Assembly (NCBI GenBank): GCA_017395085.1
Contig: JAFPWF010000017.1
Location: 1-64,000 of the forward strand
Source: Oscillospiraceae bacterium
Lineage (GTDB): Bacteria; Bacillota; Clostridia; Oscillospirales; Oscillospiraceae
Length of the DNA stretch: 64,000 nucleotides
Reading direction: 5' to 3'
Shown: positions 7,794 to 18,263 of the stretch, in pieces
Layout: the number at the start of each line of letters is the position of its first letter
Numbering within the stretch: position 1 is the first letter of the stretch
Made by a program: the position numbers and the translations under genes
The notes under the pieces: generated by a model
Database searches by the model: none
Told to the model about the DNA's origin: nothing
What the model saw: the letters and a program-made list of their open reading frames with translations, nothing else

Positions 7794-9458
7794 ATGATTT
7801 CTACTTCTGCCCTTTATAACCAGATCCTCTCCGGCCCGCACGCCAAAGAGGTCAAAATCAACATCGCCGGGGCCGATTACGGCATGGACGTGCTGACGTC
7901 CCTGCGCACTTCGCTCGCGCCCTTTGGGAGCGGCTCGCCAACGATCGGCCTCGCTCCTGCGGCGGAGATCACGGCCTCGCTGTACCTGGCCTCGTCCAAT
8001 GTGCCACGCATGGCGGCCTTAAGGCCTTATGTGCGGCTGGTCAACGACACCCAGCAGTCCGAATGGCTGCCGCAGGGCCTGTTCTATGTTGACACCCGGC
8101 AGCAGGATGAATCGGGACTCCTGACCCTGCACGGCTACGACGGCATGCTGAAGGCCGAGCGCCCCGCGCCGTATTCCACCCTGCAGTGGCCCGCGCTGGA
8201 CATGGATGTGGTCGCCGAGATCTGCAGCATCCTCGGCTTTTCCGTGGACGCGAGGACCACGGCGATTATGACTTCCGGGTTCCGTATTAATCTTCCGTCT
8301 CAGTACACCATGCGGGAGACGCTGAAGTATATTGCGGCGCTCTACGGCGGCAGCTTTGTCCTCACGGCCTCCAACACGCTGCGCCTGCTGCCTCTGTGGC
8401 AGCGGGGGAGTTCTGCCAATCACGACCTGACGGCCTCCGTGCAGTCCGTCTCCGTCAGCCCGGCCTTCCCGGCCTGCACGGGCATCCGCTTCCTGACGGA
8501 GGACAATGCGGAGTTCTTTGCCGGCAGCGAGACGGGCTACGTATATGAGATCGCTTCGCCCTTTGCCACGCAGGCCGCGGCCAATGCGCTCTTAAACCGC
8601 ATGCAGGGCTTTGTCTACCGGCCGTATTCCGCGGAGGGTGCAATCCTCAACCCGGCCGCCGAGCCGGGGGATACGGTGCTGATCCCCTCCGGCAATACCA
8701 CTGCGCTCTCGTCCCTCTTCACCCTCTCCCGCAGCTTCGACTCGCTCTTCCCGGCGGATTGCTCCGCCCCGGAGGACGAGGAGCTCGACCACGAGTACCC
8801 GTATGAGTCGACTGCGGACAGGGTATACGAGAGGAAACTGCAGAATATGCAGTCGGAGCTCAACGTCCAGGCGCAGGCCATCTCCGCCAAGGTCAGCCGC
8901 ACGGGCGGGGATTCCCGCAGCTTCGGCTGGTACCTGGACGCCGACCGCTTCTCTCTCTACTCCGACACGGTTGAAGTGATGCATGTGGATGATGAGGGGC
9001 TCACAGTCCGGGGTACGATCACAGCCGACGCCGGCTGTATCGGCGGCTGCGACATCGAAAACGGCACCCTGAAGATCGCGAACGCCAACATCGAGAACCT
9101 GAACGCCTCCAAGATCACCGCGGGAACCCTGAACGTGGACCGCATCGGCACCGGCTCGATCACCGGCGGGAAGATCGCCGACGAGACCATCGAGTCATAT
9201 AACCTGGACGACGGCTCCGTGGTGAACCGGGTACTGGGCTCGAGCTCCGTTTCCTACGGCAAGACGAGCTTCCAGACCACGCTGGACCAGGTGGGTACCA
9301 ACAAGGCGAACATCGACGTGCTGTACGGTTACTTCACGGGCTACGCGCACTTCAGCCAGCTGGAGATCGACAACGGCTTCTACTACGGGGGCAAAACAAT
9401 AGGCATCGCCACCGCAACCATCAGCGGAAGAACTCTACAATATTTGGGGTGGGTATAA
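7794..9458 (+). CDS. phage tail protein (tail tip/minor structural protein)
   Basis: 554-aa ORF following the tape-measure gene. Size and position are typical of a distal tail/tail-associated protein. Confidence 0.5.
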   Translation: MISTSALYNQILSGPHAKEVKINIAGADYGMDVLTSLRTSLAPFGSGSPTIGLAPAAEITASLYLASSNVPRMAALRPYVRLVNDTQQSEWLPQGLFYVDTRQQDESGLLTLHGYDGMLKAERPAPYSTLQWPALDMDVVAEICSILGFSVDARTTAIMTSGFRINLPSQYTMRETLKYIAALYGGSFVLTASNTLRLLPLWQRGSSANHDLTASVQSVSVSPAFPACTGIRFLTEDNAEFFAGSETGYVYEIASPFATQAAANALLNRMQGFVYRPYSAEGAILNPAAEPGDTVLIPSGNTTALSSLFTLSRSFDSLFPADCSAPEDEELDHEYPYESTADRVYERKLQNMQSELNVQAQAISAKVSRTGGDSRSFGWYLDADRFSLYSDTVEVMHVDDEGLTVRGTITADAGCIGGCDIENGTLKIANANIENLNASKITAGTLNVDRIGTGSITGGKIADETIESYNLDDGSVVNRVLGSSSVSYGKTSFQTTLDQVGTNKANIDVLYGYFTGYAHFSQLEIDNGFYYGGKTIGIATATISGRTLQYLGWV

Positions 9459-9721
9459 TTATGCTTCAATTAAAAACCGCGCAGGGTTTCACCCTGCCTA
9501 TTACATGGATCGGAGTCAGCGACTTTGACGGATCCCTCCGCTTCGAGACCCCGGAGACGGACCTTGCGACCCTGTTCTCTGTCTTCAGCGATCCTTCGCA
9601 CACATCCGCCCTGACCCGCATCTTCGATGAAGACGAAAAGACCTTCTCCGGCTTTACCGCCTTCAAAGGCATAGAAAAAATGGCCGGAGGCGCCATTGTA
9701 ATCCGTCTTCTTCCTGGTTAA
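9449..9721 (+). CDS. hypothetical phage protein
   Basis: 90-aa ORF overlapping the previous stop (ATGA-type coupling). Confidence 0.4.
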   Translation: MGIIMLQLKTAQGFTLPITWIGVSDFDGSLRFETPETDLATLFSVFSDPSHTSALTRIFDEDEKTFSGFTAFKGIEKMAGGAIVIRLLPG

Positions 9722-9845
9722 TCGAATAAGAGCCCAGTGTAACGGGTCTTATTCGAAAAAGGACGAGCAGCGTAGCGACTGAGCTTTCCTGACGCTTCAG
9801 GGAAGCGAATGGATACGAAGCTTGTGAGGACGCGGGAACGGGAAC
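9721..9845 (+). repeat. intergenic structured element, copy 4
   Basis: Same family (gagcccagtgtaacgggtctt...gagctttcctgacgcttcagggaagcgaatggatacgaagcttgtgaggacg). Confidence 0.6.
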
Positions 9846-9890
9846 TACGGTGATCCGGCTGATGCCCGCATAATCTTTTTGGAGGACAAA

Positions 9891-10352
9891 ATGAAAGAAT
9901 TCTGGACGATGATTCAAACCGCGTTTTTCGGCCTGGGCGCATGGCTCGGCTATTTCCTCGGCGGCTGCGACGGCCTGCTCTATGCCTTGGTGATCTTTGT
10001 CGCCGTCGACTACGTCACCGGCGTGATGTGCGCCGTGGCGGACAAGAAGCTCAGCTCCGCGGTGGGCTTCAAAGGCATCTGCCGCAAGGTGCTCATCTTC
10101 CTGCTGGTCGGACTTGCGCATATTCTGGATACGCAGATCCTGCATGAAACCGGCATTCTCCGCACCGCCGTCATCTTTTTCTTCCTGTCCAACGACGGGC
10201 TGAGCATCCTGGAGAACGCCGCGCACCTAGGCCTACCCATCCCGCAGGCGCTGAAGGATGTGCTGGAGCAGCTGCACAACCGAGCGGAGAAATCCGGTGA
10301 GCCGGAAACGGTTATTGCTGATTATGTAGGAGAACACGAATCCCATGAGTGA
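9891..10352 (+). CDS. phage holin (holin_4-like family)
   Basis: Small protein with transmembrane segments (FFGLGAWLGYFLGG..., LIFLLVGLAHIL). It overlaps the downstream lysin gene. Confidence 0.65.
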   Translation: MKEFWTMIQTAFFGLGAWLGYFLGGCDGLLYALVIFVAVDYVTGVMCAVADKKLSSAVGFKGICRKVLIFLLVGLAHILDTQILHETGILRTAVIFFFLSNDGLSILENAAHLGLPIPQALKDVLEQLHNRAEKSGEPETVIADYVGEHESHE

Positions 10353-11154
10353 AGCAGCCCAAAAGGTTATTGCCATCGCATTGGACGAGGTCGGCTACCG
10401 GGAGAAGGCTTCCAACGCTGCTCTCGACGATCCGCTGGCCAACGCCGGCAGCGGCAACTGGACCAAGTACGCGAGGGATCTTGCAGCCGCCGGCTACTAC
10501 AATGGTGACAAGAGCGCGTGTCCTTGGTGCGAAATTTTTACAGACTGGTGCTTCTGGAAGGCTTTCGGTCCGGACGGTCAGCGCATCCAGTGCCAGACCG
10601 GCGACCTGGGTGCTGCCTGCATCTACTCCATGCAGTATTACCGGCAGCAGGGGAGATGCGATCAGAATCCCAAAGAGGGGGATCAGGTCTTCTTTTATGG
10701 CGGCGGCACCGTCGGCCACACCGGCATCGTGGTTGAGGTATCCGAAAGCAGTATCACCGTGGTCGAGGGCAACAGCTCCGACCGGGTGCAGAAGCTGAGC
10801 TACCCCCGCAGCAGTTCCGTCATTGCCGGATACGGGCACCCTTGGTACAAAGAGAACGTTCCGGCAGAAGAAGAAATTGAGACGCTATCGGCTCCCATAG
10901 AGCAAACCTGTTCTGTTCTTCTTCCTCTCCTCAAACGCGGTGCCACCGGCACCGCCGTCGAGTCCGCCCAGGTCCTCCTGATCCACCGCGGCTATTACTG
11001 TGGAGGTCGTAAGAACCTCCTCGGCCGCGAGACGCCAGACGGCGACTTCGGCCCCGCAACCGAAAAAGCCGTCAGGGACTTCCAGACCCTGAAAAGTCTG
11101 GAGCCTGACGGCAAAATCGGGGCAGATAGCTGGACAGCGCTGATAACTGAATAG
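10345..11154 (+). CDS. endolysin: CHAP-domain peptidase with a C-terminal peptidoglycan-binding domain
   Basis: N-terminal Cys/His CHAP signature (CPWCEIF...VGHTGIVVEV). C-terminal PG_binding_1-like repeat (LKRGATGTAVESAQVLL...DGDFGPATEKAVRDFQ). Confidence 0.75.
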   Translation: MSEAAQKVIAIALDEVGYREKASNAALDDPLANAGSGNWTKYARDLAAAGYYNGDKSACPWCEIFTDWCFWKAFGPDGQRIQCQTGDLGAACIYSMQYYRQQGRCDQNPKEGDQVFFYGGGTVGHTGIVVEVSESSITVVEGNSSDRVQKLSYPRSSSVIAGYGHPWYKENVPAEEEIETLSAPIEQTCSVLLPLLKRGATGTAVESAQVLLIHRGYYCGGRKNLLGRETPDGDFGPATEKAVRDFQTLKSLEPDGKIGADSWTALITE

Positions 11155-11516
11155 AGATCACGCCGCTGCAGCGTCGTGCAACCCGCAACTCCAGTGCAAA
11201 TGCTTTTGCAACTGTACAGAGCTGCGGGTGTTTTTGTTCTGTATCGCGTTCGTGCAATATTACAATTTTTGGCAAATAAGCATATGACTTTCATCAGCAT
11301 GCCCCTTTGATGCATTCTTGAAATGATACTCACAGGGACACTGTCGTTTCGTTTTTCCACATCCCACATCTTGTGTTTTCTGACGAAAACTCCGGATGAA
11401 AGCAAAGACTTCTTGTTGCGTGTTGAATACATTTGTAGTAGTATAACATTGGTTTAATGGATCTTGACGAAACAACTACATATGTAATACAATAGTAAAT
11501 GAATTAGGAGCTGTCT

Positions 11517-11708
11517 ATGGCTGAATCAAAGTTTCAGATCACACCGAAAAAATACATTGGAGAATCGTCAGTGGTTTCCCTGCGCATGCCGAAGGACATG
11601 CTGCGGGACATTGATGAGATTGCGGCAAAAACAGGGCGTACGAGGAACGAGTTTATGCTGATGAGCTTGGAATTTGCCTTGGATCATCTTGAGATTGAAG
11701 AGAAATAA
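11517..11708 (+). CDS. ribbon-helix-helix (CopG/Arc-like) DNA-binding protein
   Basis: 63 aa. A beta-strand-like stretch followed by two helices (SLRMPKDMLRDIDEIAAKTGRTRNEFMLMSLEFAL). Confidence 0.45.
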   Translation: MAESKFQITPKKYIGESSVVSLRMPKDMLRDIDEIAAKTGRTRNEFMLMSLEFALDHLEIEEK

Positions 11709-11726
11709 CACGGGGAGTTGAGTATC

Positions 11727-14429
11727 ATGCCCATCATCAAATGCAAAATGTGCGGCGGCGATATAGACCTCGCTGCGGATAAGACTTTTGGAACCTGCGA
11801 ATACTGCGGCTCCACCATGACGCTGCCAAAGGTGTCGGACGAACAGAAGGCGGCCGCATTCAACCGCGGCAACCACTTCCGGAGGATCGGCGAGTTTGAC
11901 AAAGCTCTTGCCGTCTATGAGCGCATCGTCGCGGAGGACGACACCGATGCGGAGGCGCACTGGTGCTGCGCCCTCTGCCGCTTCGGCATCGAGTATGTGG
12001 AGGATCCCGCCACCTATGAATGGATGCCGACCTGCCACCGTGCAAGCTTCGACAGCTTCCTGGAGGATGTGGACTACCTTGCCGCGATAGAGAATTCAGA
12101 CGGTATAACGCGCCGTCAGTACCAGAAGGATGCCGCGAAGATTGCAGAGGTGCAGCGCGGCATTCTGGCGACCTCCCAGAACACGGAGCCGTATGACGTA
12201 TTTATCAGCTACAAGGAACTGGATGAAAACGGCAGCCGTACCCGCGACAGTATTTTGGCGCAGGAAATCTACTACCGGCTGACGGAAAAGGGCTGGCGGG
12301 TGTTCTTCTCACGCATATCCCTGGAGGACGTGCCCGGCACGCAGTATGAGCCGTACATCTTTGCTGCTCTGAATAGTGCAAAGGTGATGATTGTTGTTGG
12401 AACCAGCGCAGAAAATCTCAATGCGGTGTGGGTCAAGAACGAGTGGAGCCGCTTCCTATCCATGATGCGCAAGGATCGCTCGAAACTCCTGATTCCCTGC
12501 TACCGCGACATGGATCCTTATGATCTTCCGGAGCAGCTCGCGGTGCTGATGAGCTATGACATGGGGAAGATCGGTTTTGTGCAGGATCTGATCCGCGGCG
12601 TGGATAAAGTGTTGACCGCGGAGAAGAAGGAGCCGGTTAAAGAGACGGTGAAAGAAACCGTTGTCGTCCAGCAGCCCGGCGGCGGGCCGAATGTTACGGC
12701 GCTTCTCAAACGCGGCCAGCAGGCGCTTGAGGACAGCGAATGGGACAAGGCCAGAGAATACTATGATCAGGTTCTCAACATGGATGCTGAGAACGCAGAG
12801 GCGTTCCTCGGTCTGTTCCTGGCAGGCGAAAAGTGTGAAGAAGAGAACGCTTATATAGAGAGGGCCTGCACGAAGAAAGGCGCGACAGAGACCCTGAATG
12901 TTCCGTCCGCGGCTGACCGCATCAATGAGAATGCTGCAAAGTACAAGCTCGACCATTACCTATTCGATGGCGACATTCGAAAACTGTTCGATTATGATTT
13001 ACAATATCCAACCACACTCCGGACGCAAAAGCTTGTCGCAGAGCAGGAAAAAGCAAGCTTTCAGAATGATAGGAATCTCAACCGGGCATTTCGCTATGCA
13101 AAGGGCGATGTGGCAGCGAGACTGAACGCATTCAAAACGCAGTTGTTTGCCGGGTTGGACCGTAACGTCACACAAGCAGAGGAACAGGAAGAAGCAGCTA
13201 GAGAAGAGAAGAAAGCTGCATACGAGGTGTTCCTGGACAATGCGGAAAATCTTGCACAGGAGAAAAACGAGCAGGCACAGGCGAGGAAAGAAGAAGATTA
13301 TCAGGCACTTTGCCGCCGTATTTCAGAAGCGAAAACGATAAAAGAATTTGACGTTGCAAAATATAAGCTTTTCCCCTACTTCAATGACTATAAGGACAGT
13401 GCGGAGCAGTACAAGCGCATAGAAGAAGGAATTGCAAGGTTGGAAAAAGAGGCTGCAGAAGAAGCGGAAGCGGAACGCCTGCGCAAGGAAGTCGAAGCAA
13501 AAGCCGTCGCGGAAGAAGCTGAGCGTCAGGAGGAGCAGAAGCGTATTGCAGCAGAAAAGGCAGATAAGAAACGTAAAAAAACGATCGCAACTAACACGCT
13601 GATCATTGTTGCCTGCATTGTGTTTGTAACCGTGTTGAAGTTCGTGATCATTCCTAACCAGAGACTCAATAAATCAGTGGCAATGATTGATGCTGGCGAT
13701 TACAAGGCGGCATACCTTCTTCTAGATGGTATGGATTATAAAAATAGCAAGGAGCTTCAGGAAAGCATAAAATTGCAATACGAAAAAGAATGCATTTCTG
13801 AAGCGCAGGTCCGTTCATATGTTCCTTTTGGTTCTTATGAACAGGATAACGATTCCGAAAACGGGAAAGAAGACATAGAGTGGCTTGTGCTAGCAAAGAA
13901 AGATGATAGAATCCTAGTCATTAGCAGATATGCTCTAGACTGCCAGCGATTCAACACTTCAGCGACAAGTGTTACATGGGAAACCTGTTCAGTGCGTAAA
14001 TGGCTAAATGAAACATTTCTGAACAACGCTTTTTCCGAGGAAGAGCGTGCCATGATTCCCAATATGATTGTCACTGCGGACAATAACCCTGACTACAGCA
14101 TAAGTCCAGGAAAAAGCACGACGGATCAGATGTTCCTGTTTAGCATTAGAGAAGCGAATAACTATTTCAATACAAATAATGCACGGCAGTGTCAGGGAAC
14201 TCCTTACTGCTTTGCACAGGGGGCCTATAAAGACAACAGTGGTAATTGTTGGTGGTGGTTGCGGACCCCTGGATTTGATACCGAACACGCTGCGATCGTT
14301 CGTAGTGACGGCTCCATCTATTCCACCTCGGATATTAACGGGGATGGCTCTTTATATTCCAGCGGTTATGGAGTCACTCTCAAAGATGTAGCCGTCCGTC
14401 CTGCGATGTGGATAGATTTGACGACATAA
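11727..14429 (+). CDS. membrane-anchored TIR-domain protein with an N-terminal zinc ribbon + TPR module and a C-terminal extracytoplasmic domain
   Basis: CKMCGG..CEYCGS zinc ribbon. TIR motifs (YDVFISYKELD..., WVKNEWSRF with conserved Glu). Long coiled coil. Transmembrane helix (TLIIVACIVFVTVLKFVII). DUF6273-like C-terminus. Confidence 0.7.
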   Translation: MPIIKCKMCGGDIDLAADKTFGTCEYCGSTMTLPKVSDEQKAAAFNRGNHFRRIGEFDKALAVYERIVAEDDTDAEAHWCCALCRFGIEYVEDPATYEWMPTCHRASFDSFLEDVDYLAAIENSDGITRRQYQKDAAKIAEVQRGILATSQNTEPYDVFISYKELDENGSRTRDSILAQEIYYRLTEKGWRVFFSRISLEDVPGTQYEPYIFAALNSAKVMIVVGTSAENLNAVWVKNEWSRFLSMMRKDRSKLLIPCYRDMDPYDLPEQLAVLMSYDMGKIGFVQDLIRGVDKVLTAEKKEPVKETVKETVVVQQPGGGPNVTALLKRGQQALEDSEWDKAREYYDQVLNMDAENAEAFLGLFLAGEKCEEENAYIERACTKKGATETLNVPSAADRINENAAKYKLDHYLFDGDIRKLFDYDLQYPTTLRTQKLVAEQEKASFQNDRNLNRAFRYAKGDVAARLNAFKTQLFAGLDRNVTQAEEQEEAAREEKKAAYEVFLDNAENLAQEKNEQAQARKEEDYQALCRRISEAKTIKEFDVAKYKLFPYFNDYKDSAEQYKRIEEGIARLEKEAAEEAEAERLRKEVEAKAVAEEAERQEEQKRIAAEKADKKRKKTIATNTLIIVACIVFVTVLKFVIIPNQRLNKSVAMIDAGDYKAAYLLLDGMDYKNSKELQESIKLQYEKECISEAQVRSYVPFGSYEQDNDSENGKEDIEWLVLAKKDDRILVISRYALDCQRFNTSATSVTWETCSVRKWLNETFLNNAFSEEERAMIPNMIVTADNNPDYSISPGKSTTDQMFLFSIREANNYFNTNNARQCQGTPYCFAQGAYKDNSGNCWWWLRTPGFDTEHAAIVRSDGSIYSTSDINGDGSLYSSGYGVTLKDVAVRPAMWIDLTT

Positions 14430-14772
14430 TGTTCCAGTTTTCTGACTTCTGAACGAAATTGTTATGTAGGATAAGGTGTTCCTTCTGAGTCAACTTGAGG
14501 CAGAGAAATACTTTTCTTCTGACTATGAACGAAGGTGCGAGCCGACTAAATACGCTGAAGAGATGGGCTGTAGGACTCTTGTGTGGTAGAGCGACTGGTG
14601 GCTGCGAATACGAGGTATCGACTCGGTGTGGATTATATGGTCCACGTATGACGGCGAAGTAGGTGTTGCAGGAGCGATAGCCAATGCTGAAGGGGCTGTG
14701 GTGAGACCGATTTTATTGGTAGATTTTGAATCTTGATTCTTACAGGAATGGGAAAGAAAAGGAGTGCGTGCC

Positions 14773-15693
14773 ATGGATACTATGGCGTTGTCATCAGTTG
14801 AATTAAGAAAATACAATCCAAGTACTCCAGATGAATTTTACAAATTGGCCGCTAGGACAGCAAGCTTCTATTATCACACACGATTAGAGACGGCTATAAA
14901 GATTCTTTCTGGGGAAGAAATAGTGTTTTTTATCAGCCCGATAAGCAACATGAATGATGAAAACGAAATAATTCTTCACGAAAGAGAACAAAATTGCACC
15001 TATATACTTTGCTTTTCGCATATACAAACTGAAAGCATTCCCATGTGGTATTTGTATAGTGGGATAACAGGAGAGGGATCACGAATAGGATTCACGCCAG
15101 CAAGAATGAGAGATATTCTTGAAAGCGCTATTGAAGTATACCCTGTCTATCGGAGGCAGATAGATACTTCCAAATCGTTACACATCGACGATGACTACGC
15201 TGTTGAGTATGGTTGGGTATTCTATCGCAATAAAGAGGACAATTCTATCAAGTATAAAGGAGACAAGTGTATTATACGTGACTCAATGCATTCATTTGAA
15301 AAAGGCAATTTTTTTGTCAAAGACAGTGAATGGAGTTATGAAAAAGAATTTCGTATCGTATTTAAACTAAATCGCACCTTACCAGAGCAAATAGCACTCG
15401 TGCTAAATAAAAAGAAGATGATGGCAGATGATGGATTGAAAGTGACACTATCGCCAAGGATTAGTGAGGCAGATATGGAAATGATAAAAGCCAAAATGGG
15501 TTTACCGGCTAAGCACATTTCAACAAGTAAGATAAAAGCCAAAATGGATTTGCTTAGCCGAAATCGGCAGAGTATAGTGGAGCATTTTCCGGAGGTCGTT
15601 TCTGGACTAAATATGGATGAACTAGAGTCAATCATCAAGCAAGTTGAAGCCGAACTCATTGTGCAGAAAGAAAAGGAGTTAGCCCATGTCTAA
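14773..15693 (+). CDS. DUF2971-like hypothetical protein
   Basis: Low-GC gene. The SPISNMNDENE segment resembles the DUF2971 'FNDPxE' motif. Confidence 0.35.
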   Translation: MDTMALSSVELRKYNPSTPDEFYKLAARTASFYYHTRLETAIKILSGEEIVFFISPISNMNDENEIILHEREQNCTYILCFSHIQTESIPMWYLYSGITGEGSRIGFTPARMRDILESAIEVYPVYRRQIDTSKSLHIDDDYAVEYGWVFYRNKEDNSIKYKGDKCIIRDSMHSFEKGNFFVKDSEWSYEKEFRIVFKLNRTLPEQIALVLNKKKMMADDGLKVTLSPRISEADMEMIKAKMGLPAKHISTSKIKAKMDLLSRNRQSIVEHFPEVVSGLNMDELESIIKQVEAELIVQKEKELAHV

Positions 15694-17521
15694 ATTTGTA
15701 ATCGAATGTCCCAATTGTGGGAAATATGCGGAAGCGCGAACCGGCTTTTTCGCCCGCAAGAAGCTCGACTGTTCCTGCGGTTACACCATCAATGTCCGCA
15801 CAGATAAGCTTACTGGTCGGGAGTGTCCGCACTGTGGCAACATGGTCGTTTTCGACCAAAGTGAAGGTGAAAGGGCAAAATGTCCCGTTTGCGGTGAGCC
15901 GATCAACACCATGACCGAGCAGGACAAGATGGCAGAGTTTTCCTGCGCCCAGTGCGGCGTGCGCCTGCGCACGAATAAGAGCGCGGAGAAGTACGTCTGC
16001 CCGGTCTGCGACTTTGAGAATTTCATTCCCGAGCGGCTCATGAGCGAGCAGATCAAGAAGGACGGTCTCGCCAGCATCATCAAGTACGAGGGCGATAACG
16101 ACACCCTGGTCTGGAAGCATCCCATCGAGGACTTCAACTACGGCTCGCAGCTCATCGTCCATGAGAGCCAGGAGGCGATCTTCTTCCGGGACGGCCAGGC
16201 GCTTGATCTTTTCGGACCGGGCCGCTACACGCTGGAGACGCAGCAGCTCCCGCTCCTGGAGAAGGTTTATAAGCTTCCCACCGACACCGAGGGCACCTTC
16301 CACAGCGAAGTATACTTTATCAACAAGGCCGTGCAGATGGCCATCAAGTGGGGCACGCCCGAAAAGGTGCGCTTCATCGATCCGCTGACCGGCGTTCCGC
16401 TGGAACTCGGCGCGTCCGGGGAACTGAACCTGATGGTCTCCGACTCCCGCAGGCTGCTCCTGAAGCTGGTCGGAACCATGAAGGGCATTGCCTGGGGCGA
16501 CAGTGAGGGTTTCACCAAGTCCGTACAGGCCTCTTTTCGCCCCCTGATCACCACGGCGGTCAAGGCAAACCTCTCCAGCGTCATCAAGGACAACGCCATC
16601 GACCTGTTGGAAGTGGACGAGAAGCTGGAGATGATCTCCGAACACTTGCGTGAGAAACTGCTTCCCGGCTTTGAGGAATACGGTCTTACGATCCCGCAGT
16701 TTTATGTGACGAGCATCGTCCTGCCAGAGAACGATCCCAACTTCAAGCGCATCCGCGAACTGCACACCATCACCCTGCAGGCGAGAGCGTACCAGGCAGA
16801 AGCGACCGTCCTGACGGCGAAGGCGCAGAGCGAGGCGCAGTACCGCACGGCACAGGAGCAGAGCAAGGCAGCCATCGAGGCTGCCCGCCGCGGCGCCGTG
16901 CTGGAGCAGCAGACGACCGAGACCGAGATTGCCCGCCGTGAAGCGGAGCGGAGGGTTATTGCCGCCCAGGCGGATGCACAGGCGCAGCGCATGGCCGGTC
17001 TGACCGAAGCGGAAATCATGGCCGCCAAGGGTTACAGCCAGAAGGATGTACTGCAGGCCGAAGTGCAGAAAGCCTATGCCGAAGGCATCGGCAACATGGG
17101 ACCGGCCATCTCCGGCGGCGGCGGAAGCGGTATCCTTGGGGATATGCTCGGCCTCGGGGTCGGCATGGCTGCGGCAAGCACTGTCGCGCCGCAGATCGGA
17201 GAGATGATGCAGGGCTTTCGGGCTCCCGGGGCAGCAGCACCTGTTGCCGCGTCAGGCGGCTGGGACTGCCCGGGCTGCGGTACCAGGAATATCCAGAGCC
17301 GCTTCTGTCCGGAATGCGGCGCAAAGAAACCGTCGCCTGCGGCAGCACCCGCAACGGACTTTTGGGATTGCCCCTCCTGTGGAACTAAGGGCATCACGAG
17401 TAAGTTTTGCCCCGAGTGCGGTGCCAGAAGGCCTTCTCTGACCTGGACCTGCCCGGACTGCGGCACTGCGGATATCAGGAGCAAATTCTGCCCCAACTGC
17501 GGCAGAAAAAAGGATGAATAA
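15686..17521 (+). CDS. SPFH/band-7 (flotillin-like) protein with N-terminal zinc ribbons, a coiled coil and three C-terminal zinc-ribbon repeats
   Basis: Multiple CxxC pairs at the N-terminus. SPFH-like core. Ala/Gln-rich coiled coil. Three repeats of W(D/T)CPxCGT..I.S(R/K)FCPECGA at the C-terminus. Confidence 0.6.
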   Translation: MSKFVIECPNCGKYAEARTGFFARKKLDCSCGYTINVRTDKLTGRECPHCGNMVVFDQSEGERAKCPVCGEPINTMTEQDKMAEFSCAQCGVRLRTNKSAEKYVCPVCDFENFIPERLMSEQIKKDGLASIIKYEGDNDTLVWKHPIEDFNYGSQLIVHESQEAIFFRDGQALDLFGPGRYTLETQQLPLLEKVYKLPTDTEGTFHSEVYFINKAVQMAIKWGTPEKVRFIDPLTGVPLELGASGELNLMVSDSRRLLLKLVGTMKGIAWGDSEGFTKSVQASFRPLITTAVKANLSSVIKDNAIDLLEVDEKLEMISEHLREKLLPGFEEYGLTIPQFYVTSIVLPENDPNFKRIRELHTITLQARAYQAEATVLTAKAQSEAQYRTAQEQSKAAIEAARRGAVLEQQTTETEIARREAERRVIAAQADAQAQRMAGLTEAEIMAAKGYSQKDVLQAEVQKAYAEGIGNMGPAISGGGGSGILGDMLGLGVGMAAASTVAPQIGEMMQGFRAPGAAAPVAASGGWDCPGCGTRNIQSRFCPECGAKKPSPAAAPATDFWDCPSCGTKGITSKFCPECGARRPSLTWTCPDCGTADIRSKFCPNCGRKKDE

Positions 17522-17562
17522 ACTTGCAGGGGAATTGATAATAAGAGAAGGGATGGTTGAGC

Positions 17563-18261
17563 ATGGCGAACTGCGCTAATTGCGGAAGAAGAATTACAGC
17601 TTTTAACTCTGATCCTCACTTTAATTTCAGCGACCAAACGTTGTGTCAGAACTGTTCGGACACTTTTAATTCGTTGCTGATGGATAATAAAATGGGTTGG
17701 AACAGTGTAGGTATCACAAGAAGATTTATTAGACAGAATAAAGACAGACTCAGATTAAATGATTCAGGTATTGAGTTTCTGCTTTCGTATGCTGACTACA
17801 TCCAAAAAAACAATCCGGATGGGGCGGAAGATGAAGAAGATGAGGAAAAGTTAGAGGAGGAAGAACTTAAAAGAAAAGAGGAAGACTTGGAAAAAAGAAT
17901 CGCTCTGTCCAAGATGCTGATCTCTTCCGGGTTCAATTTTGAAGGATATCGTATCGTAAAATATTCGGGTTATATTTCGGGTGACGATGCCATTCAGATT
18001 CCCCGAAGTGGTATATTTGATCGGGGAAGGAATGGCGAAAACCTGACGGATGCTCTTGTTAAGATCAGGAGAAGAGCGCTGATCGAATTAAAAGAAGCTG
18101 CGTATGATCTCGGCTGCAATGCGGTAATCGGCGTAGACTTTGACTATCTTACGCTGGATCCGGAAACGGCGTCACTGACAGGCGGAACTGTCTACGAACC
18201 GTATGTCATCTGCGTTACCGCAAACGGCAACGCTGTGGTGATCGAGAAAATCGAGGATTAA
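17563..18261 (+). CDS. zinc-ribbon protein with a C-terminal YbjQ/UPF0145-like domain
   Basis: CANCGRR..CQNC at the N-terminus. The C-terminal GYRIVKYSGYISGD...LGCNAVIGVDFDY matches the UPF0145 pattern. Confidence 0.5.
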   Translation: MANCANCGRRITAFNSDPHFNFSDQTLCQNCSDTFNSLLMDNKMGWNSVGITRRFIRQNKDRLRLNDSGIEFLLSYADYIQKNNPDGAEDEEDEEKLEEEELKRKEEDLEKRIALSKMLISSGFNFEGYRIVKYSGYISGDDAIQIPRSGIFDRGRNGENLTDALVKIRRRALIELKEAAYDLGCNAVIGVDFDYLTLDPETASLTGGTVYEPYVICVTANGNAVVIEKIED

Positions 18262-18263
18262 AC

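Noticed and set aside
15656-16765. 369-aa - strand ORF
   Set aside because: Antisense to the SPFH/zinc-ribbon gene, which has coherent domain content. The Ala/Arg/Gly-rich composition is typical of shadow frames in GC-rich DNA.
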